Below, in pieces: positions 1 to 8,662 of a DNA stretch of 26,212 nt. How positions within the stretch are numbered: position 1 is the first letter of the stretch; each line of letters begins with the position of its first letter. Source of the stretch: Emiliania huxleyi CCMP1516 (lineage: Eukaryota); NCBI RefSeq assembly GCF_000372725.1, contig NW_005202237.1, forward strand, positions 434,001 to 460,212, written 5' to 3'. The position numbers were made by a program, and so were the translations under genes. Below the pieces are notes generated by a model. That model was not told the origin of the DNA. It ran no database searches and saw only the letters and a program-made list of their open reading frames with translations.

Positions 1-141
1 ACCTGTCAGAGCTTGATCTCCGATCTCAGCGGCGTCGAGTCGTCTCCGGCGCGCAACAAATGTACCTCCCCAGGACGCGCAGAGGCAGCTGCGACCCCGC
101 CGAGTAGACGGCGGCACTCCCCGCCACCTGCTGTGTGCCGC

Positions 142-241
142 NNNNNNNNNNNNNNNNNNNNNNNNNNNNNNNNNNNNNNNNNNNNNNNNNNNNNNNNNNN
201 NNNNNNNNNNNNNNNNNNNNNNNNNNNNNNNNNNNNNNNNN
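142..241. other. Assembly gap (100 N)
   Basis: Run of 100 N, a typical scaffold-gap placeholder. Confidence 0.99.
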
Positions 242-1146
242 CGCCTCGAGATCTTCTGCGACAGTGAGCGGTGGTACCCTGCGACCGTCACTGGCGCGGG
301 AGGAGGACGGAGACGGACGGATCGTGCACGAGGTCGAGTACGACGGCTACGGATCGGCGGTGGTGGAACATGCTGGACGACGAGCGGTGGCGCGCCGTCC
401 CAGAGCAGGCCGGCGCGGGCGCAGGCGGCGCTGCCACAGACGGGGATGGGGATGCGGCGATGGACCGCGCGGACGGCGAGCATGGCGCCCGTGCCGCGGG
501 CGCCGCCGAGGCGGCCGAGGTGCGGCCGGCGCCGCCTCCTGTGCGCCGGGGTGTGCGGCGCAGCGCGCTGGCGGACGCCCTCGAGGCGGAGGATGACGAG
601 CAGCAGGAGGAGGCCGCGCGCGGCGATGGGCGGCCGATGCTAGCGCCCCACGGTCCGGCGCTGTCGGTGCAGCTTCGGCGCGTGCGCCTGCGGCTGCGCG
701 AGTTCCTGGCGACGCAGGCCGCGGCGGGGAAGAGCGTGCCGATGCAGCGGACGGCCCTCGGTCTGCACCCGACGGTGCGGTGGACGATCCGCTTCGGCAA
801 GTGGGCGACGACGCGAATCATCGCGCCGAGGGCGAGCCGGTGGCACGCGACCGAACAGGGCGACGCGCGGGAGGAGGAGCCGACGGTGCGCACGGGTCGC
901 GGCGAGAACACGATCTACGTCGCGCTGCAGCACATGAAGAACCACGTGTGGCGCGAGATCTGGCCGGCGATGCCGGACGACGCGAGGCAGTACTGGCGGC
1001 TGGTGACCAAGCAGGTGATGTCGCTGTACGACGGCGGCGGCGGCGGGATGAAGGACGCGGCAGGAGCCGCCGGCCGGGCGGCGGGCCGCGAGGCGGCGCG
1101 GGAGAGCGCGTCGCACGGGCAGAGTGAGGCGGCGCAGCTATCGTGA
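242..1146 (+). pseudogene. 5'-incomplete ORF with a frameshifted Tudor-like N-terminal domain and an unknown C-terminal domain (pseudogene or read-end errors)
   Basis: Three frames join: RLEIFCDSERWYPATVTGA (from 242), REEDGDGRIVHEVEYDGY (135..596 frame) and DRRWWNMLDDERWR (271..1146 frame). Together they give the Tudor pattern WYPATV...H.VEYD...W..L..E.W. The frame stays open to TGA at 1146 with strongly GC-biased third positions. Confidence 0.55.
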
Positions 1147-2249
1147 CATACCTGCAAAAGTCCAGGTTTACCCGAAAAATACCTGGACGCGTCCCGACCA
1201 ACGTATGCCGCGCACGACGCCATATCGCCTTGTCCCAGGGCCAGTGCGCTACTTGCGGCGCGCAACTCCTGCTCAAGTACGCGCACCTTTCCTTCTGCTG
1301 CCGCTATGCGTGTCTTAAGGCAGCTGCGGCGAAGCGGCGGGCGCGGCATGCCGATGGCAGTGCGGACGATGCGGTTGCGATGTGTTCTGCTTCAAGATCG
1401 TGGCGGTGCTTGGCATGCACTTCTGCGATCCCAATCAGCTCATCGCAACGAAGCAGCGCAACAAGCTGGCTGCTGCCAACAAGGCCCTATGCTACCTCAC
1501 TCGCGGATCGTTCAAAGAGGACCAGCATACACAGGCTTCTGTGACATGCGTTTGTTTGAGCTTGAGGCTATTTGTGAGAACTGTTTGGCTTGAACATTGC
1601 GCTCAAGAAGAGCAACGAGAATCGGAAGAGACATCAGAAACGGCTACAGCGGCCGTCACACGACGCTCGGCTGGCGAATAAACGCGCTCGTCGGTGACGG
1701 CTTCCTCCAACCTGCGCCGCGCTCGGCGAACCTCGACAGCGCCTTCGGTGGCATGCAGCTCTTTGCGCCTGAAGCTTGGAGAGCAGCTCCTCTGCTGCTC
1801 ACACGCTCTGCACAGATGGCACAGCCTACTGTGCGGCTGCCACAGCTGTGACAGCGATGGGCTCGCCCTCACTGGCCCTCAGTCACTTGTGCTGCGGCTT
1901 GTGTGAGCGACACTGGTCGCCTCGGCGACTGCTGGCACACTGTGAGACCATGGGTGGGAGGTAAAACCACGCTACCAGCGCTTGGTCACATCGGCCCCGA
2001 GGTCAGATTCTTCTACTCTGTTGATGACAACACTTGTCTACTCGCTGGAGCCGAGCAGGAGGGCCCGGCGCACAACCCCTGGTCAACTCACCCTCTCCAC
2101 AGACGTTGTCCTGAAAGCTGAAAAAGTGAATATGCTGTGAAAAGAGAGTTAAACATATTAGGGGGACGGGGGGAGAGCGGTCTAGGGCGTGCAGACTGCA
2201 GTATACTCACAGAACGCCACAAATTTGTCAACCCGCAAAACACTCACTG

Positions 2250-4437
2250 TCACTGCAGTATATTCGGGGCAGGGGCCGCGTCAATCTTTCGCTGCGGTTC
2301 TGTTCGGGTCGAGGTCCTGCGGCCGTCGATGCGCCGCGCAGTCCGCTGGCGTGCAGCTGCAGGCGGAGGTGGCCGAGGTGATGGCGGAGGCGGGGGCGGC
2401 CGCCGCGGCAAGGTTCCCGAATGGCGCGTCGAGTTTTGTGGGGCGGAAGTGGCCCTGTCAGCTGCCGCTTTGCTTGGGGCCCCGTCCTGAGTGAGGGCGG
2501 CGGCCGCTGGCGGGCCCCGGCGAAGGCCCTTTGGCGGCGGCCGCGCGACATCCTCTTTCGACGGCGGCGGACCCGACACCGAGAGAAGCGGCAGCGGCGG
2601 CGGCGGCAGCAGTGGCGGCGGCGGCGGCGTTGGGCCGAGCTGCACTGGCGTCAGCGGCGGAGAGGGCAGCGGCGGCGGCGCAGAGGCGAGGGATCGTTGC
2701 GCGGCGATGAGGCAGGAGGCGGTGACGTTGCAGAGAGCGGCGGCGCAGAAGAGCGACAAGTTGCGGCGGCCGCGGATCTCGTTGTACCCGAAGAGAGACC
2801 AGAGGATGGAGACGAGGAAGGCGCCTGCGGGAGGGGTCGGAGGGGGGGGTTTGGAGGGGTTGTGGCAAAGGTTTGGGGGAAGGGGGGGGAGGGGGGGGGA
2901 TGCCGTTGGAGGAGAGAGCGTAGCCGATCCCGAAACCGAGCGTGTCGATCGCAACCTGTTCACGGCGTGAGGCGTGAGCGGCGTCGCTCTCGAGCCGACG
3001 CCCAAAGCGGCTCGAGATCGCAAACCATCGTGCAGACTGTAGAGACGCCCCACAGCAGACCGGCCCCGATGGAAGGCAGCATCGCCTCCAACGGCACGGC
3101 GTGAACCGCGAGGCGGCGCCACTGCGCTCCAAGCGCGTACGCCGCGTAGATGCCGACGGCGCCGCAAAACGAGCCGAGGAACTGGGCAAGGGTGACGCGC
3201 ATCCGGCGGAGGAGCGCGCCGGCGGCCGGGTCCGTGTCGGGGTGTCGGATGACGTAGATCGCGCACGGCAGGAACTGGACGCCGTACATGCAGCCCGCGT
3301 ACAGCGCGAGCGCGATGCCGCGCACCCACGCGCCGCCGAGCGAGCCGCCTTTGCCCCGGAGCGGCGCAGTCGCCTCCTCGCCCTCCCACTCCCCAACCGC
3401 GGGCAGAGCCGCCGCTGCGACCGCAGACCCGCCACGTGGCTCGCTCGGGCCGGCGGCCGGCCCGCCCTTCGCTCCGTTGCGGCCGGCCCGCCGCAGCGGC
3501 GGTGCGGCAAGCGCGTCCGCATCGGAGGGAGGCACAGCTGTGAGGGGCTCCGACGGGCCGAATCTTGGCCGGCATGCAGCAATGAGGCTCTGCTCGGGGA
3601 GGCAGTCCTCGTCGACGGGTGCCTCGGAAGGGCTCGGCGGGGGCGAGTCCTACTCAGAGAGCTGCAGGGGTGGAGGGAGAGGCGGAGGCGCGAGACGCAC
3701 TCCCCAAGCTCCGCTGCACTCGCCTCCTCGCCGCCTCGCGCGAGCCCGGTCACTGCAGCCGCATCCTTGGCCGCCGCGTGCCCGTTTTGCATAGCGTCTG
3801 CGAGAGCGTCCGACGACGGTGAACGCGGCGACTCGGCGGCCACCTCCGGCTCCGCCACACTCAGCTCCGTCTCCGCCAGCGGGCCCACGCTCAGGTAGCG
3901 ACCCGACGCCATTCGCCGGCGCGACGCCGGCTCGCTCGCCGTCGGAGGCTGCACGCCCGCAAAGAGGAGCAGGCCGCAGACGGACAGTCCGCAGCCCGTC
4001 CAGCCCATCCACGCGAGGCCGAGCTGAGAGGGAGGCAGGCACTCGTGCTGGACGCACGGGCCGGCTATGCCGGCGGCGTACGCGACCGCGATCGAGGTGC
4101 CCGTCTGCACCGCCATCGCGAGCCCGATGCCGAGGCAGCGCACCATCTCGACTGTGGCGGCATTGCCACATGCCCAGAGCACGCCGGTGAGCATGCAGAG
4201 GAGCGGCAGTCGGGGCCGCAGCTCGCCGGCGAGGTGGTCGTCGCCCGGGGCGTAGCCGTCCTCTGGCGGCGCCGCCGCCAGCGTGGCGAGGCCGACCAGC
4301 AGCACGCCAGAGCACATCCACAGCTGAAAGAGGAAGCCGTCCCCGAGGCTCGCCTCGTGCTGCTTGATGAGGACGGGCCAGGTGCCCCAGCCAAAGGAGC
4401 CGAATAGGGCAGCGCCGAAGCCCGCAGCGAGGCTCAT
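2250..4437 (-). CDS. TMEM144: TMEM144-family multipass membrane protein (DMT superfamily, putative sugar transporter); exons 4437-3724, 3649-3026, 2955-2904, 2824-2250
   Basis: Motifs GDGFLFQLWMC, GVLWACGN...IGLAM, AGCMYG..F.P, GLLWG, LG..IGYAL, LVSILWSLFGYNEIRGRRN. Three frame-restoring introns: 3723-3650 (GC-AG), 3025-2956 (GT-AG), 2903-2825 (GC-AG). The Pro-rich C-terminal tail is less certain. Confidence 0.85.
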
Positions 4438-4550
4438 ATACACACAATGCCCTGCCGCTCGAACTTTCTCAGAGAAGAAAGTTTACCCCGGTTTCGTGCG
4501 ACAGGCGATGCGCTCCCCACTCCCGTTCCCCTGTGTCCCTGATCGTCCTT

Positions 4551-4626
4551 ACAAGATCCTGCTCGTGCAGGTGGGGACCCTGTCCTTCTCCCACCCCTTG
4601 TTTGGTGTGTCCGTTTTATTTATTTA
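4551..4626 (+). repeat. Diverged partial copy of dispersed repeat family B, ending GTGTCCGTTTTATTTATTTA
   Basis: 4607-4626 matches the 3' end of the copy at 20080-20276; looser upstream similarity (aagatc...gggg.cctgt.c.tt..ccca). Confidence 0.6.
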
Positions 4627-4636
4627 CAGGCGAGGC

Positions 4637-4670
4637 GCGGGCGACGGCTTCCTCAGAAGCCGTCGCCCGC
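4637..4670. repeat. Perfect 15-bp inverted repeat with 4-nt loop
   Basis: GCGGGCGACGGCTTC-ctca-GAAGCCGTCGCCCGC. Confidence 0.95.
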
Positions 4671-4679
4671 ACCACAGAG

Positions 4680-4845
4680 AAGAATTTTACAACAAAACTC
4701 CCTCGCACTGAGAATTTTAAAAACTCCAGCCCACTAGGCACGGGACTGGCGCGCACTGGCACTAACACAGGAGAATTTTACAAACAAGCTCGCTCGCACG
4801 ACACTAGGCACGGGACTGGCGCGCACTGGCACTAAGAAGAATTCT
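4680..4845 (+). repeat. Complex tandem repeat: identical 34-mer twice (4732-4765, 4802-4835; period 70) with interspersed AGAATT(TTA) motifs
   Basis: CACTAGGCACGGGACTGGCGCGCACTGGCACTAA occurs twice; AGAATT at 4681, 4711, 4772 and 4838. Confidence 0.9.
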
Positions 4846-5348
4846 AAAATTCGCCTCTCTCACACAAAAACACAACCCCTGACCCAAGCAAGACGCACAA
4901 GCAAGCACAGACAGTCGAGAAGGGAAGAGACAGCAACGACAGCCTCTCCACAGCACACTGAGAGAAGAATTCGCGACGATCTTCGTGCACGTCCGCTCGT
5001 CCAAGCCCGTCTGCTATGGCCGAACTTTCAGAGAGCCGAAAGCAGGCAAGACCGGCAACGCTCATACTCTAACTCTGAAAAATCCTCCAAACTCTTCCCC
5101 CATCTCAAAAACTCTCTCAAAAAGAATCCTCTGACGCAAAAGACCGACTTTGCCACACAAACTATCCCGAAACAAACAACCCCGAAAGCATTTCCTCCTC
5201 GTGACTTGTCACCAGGAACGGCGAATCCGTGTATGATGTGGCGCGCCCGTATCGCTGCACACCGGCCATCCGAATTCGCAGCCTCCACAGTTTGCGCAAT
5301 ATATGCGAGAACATCTTCGCTCCAAATGAGACTCGGAGGAAAGTTTTT

Positions 5349-5574
5349 TTGGAGCACTTGGAGTGCAGTCATTAGCCTCACATCCAGGGCCGGGGAGCTA
5401 AGAAGCGCACCCAGCGGGCCGGATGATCGGGATCGGGCTACGGGCAAGAAAGCCCTAGCCCCGGGGGTGCGCGTTCGCAGGGCAAGGGCCGTAAAGTAAA
5501 CACGGGTCTCCGAGGGTTAGTTCCGTGTACCGGGTTTCCCCTTAACTGCACAACGCCCCCTCTACTCGGAGCTA
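5349..5574. mobile_element. Dispersed repeat family A, copy 1 (about 225 bp, SINE-like/non-autonomous)
   Basis: Colinear with 16147-16258 (same orientation) and 22053-22281 (inverted), e.g. GAAGCGCACCCAGCGGGCCGGATGAT and GGGCCGTAAAGTAAACACGGGTCTCCGAGGGTT. Confidence 0.8.
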
Positions 5575-6877
5575 ACGGACACACAACACTGTACTCCACG
5601 CACGTACACGGATACGCCTCATGTGCGCCCGCCCGACTCCGGTCCCAGAGTCCCTTCCCTCGCCCGTCAGGGCGAGCCCTCGGCTCGTCCCGGTCCCTTG
5701 CTCGCCTTCCGGGCGTTACCAGACTGCCTCTGTAGTCGTTTTTGATGCCTCTTCCTCGGCTGTGGCCTCGACTCCGCTTCGCCTTCGACTGGTACCGCAG
5801 CCTCCGAGAGCGTCGGCGGCCCGGTCGGGGTCTCCCCGGGCGAGGACGGCGGCATTGGATCGTGTCGCCACCCCTCCCAGGGAGGACGGGCCCGCTCTCC
5901 CTGGTCGGCGAGTCGCGCCCGCATCCGCGGCCTCTCTATCGTTCTCGGCTCGCCCTCCCCCTCCGCCGGCTCCTCACTAAGCTCGGGGAGGCGCGGTCCC
6001 TCTTGTCGTAGATCACGGCGGTCCAGCCGCCGCCGCGACGGGTCTACCCCCGGTGGGCTCGCACGACCCGACTCCCCTCGCAGAGGCCGAGTCAGCTCGA
6101 CTCTCACCTCCCCCGACAGTTGACTCCAGGCCTCACCCGGGGCCCTCCGGTCCCGGCCTTCCGGTCCGCCGGCTGACCCGCTGTCTCCCCAGCACGGCAC
6201 CCCCCCCCCCCCTCGGACCCCTCCCCCGGGTACCCCAGCCTCCGACGGGCCGGCTCCGGAACGCCGCCGATGCGGCGTATGCCCCTCCCCCCTCGCTCTT
6301 CTCCCTCCCGAGGTCTTGCAGCTGCCCCTGTATGTGCGACACAATCCTCTCGTGCGAAGTGGTGGGGAGCTTCTCCCCCGTCGCCTCGTCTACGTCGAGG
6401 AGGAGGCCATCCACCTTCCCGCCCCCTCCCCTCCCGCCCATTTTTTTTTCTAAATCAGTCTTGCAAATTAACGCGTACGTGCGGGGTTCGCTCCGACCTT
6501 CTACCGAAAAATAGCCTCGCTGCCGACCTTCTACCCATACATATACGGCAATAAACGGTTTACGGCTTTAGTTAGCATCGCTCCCGGCATTCTACTTACG
6601 TAGAACGAACACGAAGAGCTCGGACTCTGTATGACAAACACTTGATCAGACACACGAAAACAGAGAGCGCGCGGGTTCTCAAGAATCGATTGACGTAAAT
6701 ACAACAAATATGCCATGTTAAAGAGTGCAACGCCTTCATTGGGGGTGTGTTTGCGCGATTGACATGTACATGTGAGGGTACTTTGCCACCTCGCGCACTC
6801 TTCGTGAGACGCAGAAAGTCCCGATAATGTTATGCTTGCTCTGTAGCATATTCTCGGCATGCACATGCACATGTGCA

Positions 6878-8503
6878 TCATTGTATGTGCCTGCAGTCCA
6901 CTCGCAAACGGCAGGGGTCCTCGTCGATGACGGATCGCACCACGCTGCTAAAACTCGTCCAGCTGAGGTTGTTGTTCTGATTCCACGCCCGCCTAGCGCG
7001 CGAGGCTCGGAGCGTGACATCGGAAAGATTGCCCTCCCCCCCAGCGTGCAATGCGCCTACGACAATGCGCTTGAACCGCAGCGTCGGCTCCACACGCTGC
7101 CGAAACAGGTCCCGCCATCCAACGTCCGGGTTGTCCTCAAATCCTCGGTTGATTGCCTCGACCAAGGTGCGGCCCGAGCGGAGATGCATGGCGTGTATGC
7201 AGTCGCCGCCATTCATGCAGACGAGCATATCCACTGCTCGCACGCGCGCGATCGTCTCACGTAGGCTGAGTGTTGCAAAGGGTACGGCATTGCAGTGGAT
7301 GGACCATCCCCGGTGCCGAAAGCTCGGGCACGCTGCCAGGAGCTCCGGGATATTGGCGATGTCCCGACCGTGACTTGACCGCCGGATGGTGAATAAGACT
7401 CTCAGCCGCTGCCTGGTCGTGTAGAAGCTCCTCGATTCCGCGCGAAGGTCGTCGAAGCCGAGCGCCGTATCCAAAGCCTGGCGTGCCAACCACGCATCGC
7501 GGCCAAAGACGTGGCCAGGCCTGCACAGGCCCAAGCGCGCGAAGCACTCCCGCTTCGCACAGCGTGGGAGCGGCTGGCCCTTGACACGCGACGCGCCCAA
7601 GACGTCGTCACGCTCGAAGGTGCAGATGCCATCTGTGACAGCGGCGAGCGGTTCCCACGACTGCGGGAAGAGCGCACCGGAAAGCATGAGCCGCTCGCGC
7701 CCGAGTGTGCCCTGGTGCAGTGCCGCGCCCAGAGGTAGGATGGTCGTGAGTTGGACGTCACTGAACCCCACCTCCCACTTTGGCCACAGCATTCTCGCGG
7801 CCCTGGTTTCCACCGGCTCCGGCGGGAGTTGCCCGCTGACGACGGAGACGTCTTGCTCCAGGTGCCTGAGCGGGCCGAATGGATTGAGGGGGTCTTGGAG
7901 CCCGTGCATGTGCTCGAGTGCGATGGCGACATCGTCCGAGGCGTGCGGGCCATGCACTTCTATTTGGAAAGGGCGGTCGCGCATCGGGCACCGCGACGAG
8001 CAGCGAGGCTGCGGCCGGCCGAGCGTCACGCACGCCTGGCGAAGGTAGCTGCAGTCCACCATGGGCCGGTCGCCAACCTTGCGACGGCGATTGTTGACGT
8101 GAGGGAAACGGACCCGCTGGTGCAAAAGAAAGGAGTGGTTAGGTGACCGCAAGCTTTGGTTTGCATGCTGCAAGTAGGTCACCGCACGCCCCTTCCAGTA
8201 GTTTGACGACTGAAATGTGCCACAAGAGGCCCAACAGAAGCAGCCCGCCGGCTCTCGTAGCGTAAAGGCCGGCCACTGCGTGCACTTCCTAGCGCATTGC
8301 CGCACGTGGGTGGTGCTGTGCCTGCGGTGAGCCTCGGCGAGTGTCTCGTCTTCGCCGCAATGACGGGGCACGCAGCGCCAGCCAGTGAGCTCGGTGCACT
8401 TGAGAGTCGCCGCTGTCGTGTGCATGGACAGTAGGACGAGCGCTGTCGGCCGTCGCCTCTTTTTCGTCGTCGGCGCGCTGCCCGGCGGCCGTCGTCGATC
8501 CAT
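6878..8503 (-). CDS. Glycosyltransferase family 61-like (DUF563) protein with Cys-rich N-terminal module
   Basis: Single long ORF, first ATG at 8503. C-terminal VLFTIRR...RDIANIPELL...VPFATLSLRETIARVRAVDMLVCMNGGDCIHAMHLRSGRTLVE follows the GT61 layout. N-terminal CARKC...FTL...GCFCW resembles PAN/WSC modules. Confidence 0.65.
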   Translation of the reverse strand: MDRRRPPGSAPTTKKRRRPTALVLLSMHTTAATLKCTELTGWRCVPRHCGEDETLAEAHRRHSTTHVRQCARKCTQWPAFTLREPAGCFCWASCGTFQSSNYWKGRAVTYLQHANQSLRSPNHSFLLHQRVRFPHVNNRRRKVGDRPMVDCSYLRQACVTLGRPQPRCSSRCPMRDRPFQIEVHGPHASDDVAIALEHMHGLQDPLNPFGPLRHLEQDVSVVSGQLPPEPVETRAARMLWPKWEVGFSDVQLTTILPLGAALHQGTLGRERLMLSGALFPQSWEPLAAVTDGICTFERDDVLGASRVKGQPLPRCAKRECFARLGLCRPGHVFGRDAWLARQALDTALGFDDLRAESRSFYTTRQRLRVLFTIRRSSHGRDIANIPELLAACPSFRHRGWSIHCNAVPFATLSLRETIARVRAVDMLVCMNGGDCIHAMHLRSGRTLVEAINRGFEDNPDVGWRDLFRQRVEPTLRFKRIVVGALHAGGEGNLSDVTLRASRARRAWNQNNNLSWTSFSSVVRSVIDEDPCRLRVDCRHIQ

Positions 8504-8662
8504 TCTGATGGTGAGAACGCTGAACGGCGTCTTTTGCCGTTCATTCACAGCGCGGGTCCCTCCATTCTGATCTAGAGATCTATCAAGATGCCAACGCCAG
8601 TATGTGCTAAGGACAACAGGTTGTGACTCTCAAGCAGTCGTATTCGTAACTACAGTTTAGTG

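Noticed and set aside
1146..2121. Several short overlapping + strand ORFs
   Set aside because: No recognisable motif or consistent splice model; possibly a decayed gene but not supportable.
2195..2262. Short direct repeats (ACTGCAGTATA x2; also 18497-18526 and 24672-24718)
   Set aside because: 11-17 bp local duplications consistent with slippage; no further structure.
4732..4835. 34-bp repeat with 36-bp spacer looks like a mini CRISPR array
   Set aside because: Only two units, the spacer is itself a copy of the neighbouring AGAATTTTA motif, the context is eukaryotic and there are no cas genes.
5028..5447. ORF with faint histone-fold-like IRARHI
   Set aside because: Starts inside repeat family A, lacks a good start, and the spacing is too short for the central histone helix.
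5415..5450. CCGGATGA...GAAA resembling a hammerhead ribozyme core
   Set aside because: The core should be CUGAnGA, and GAAA is not conserved in the other two copies.
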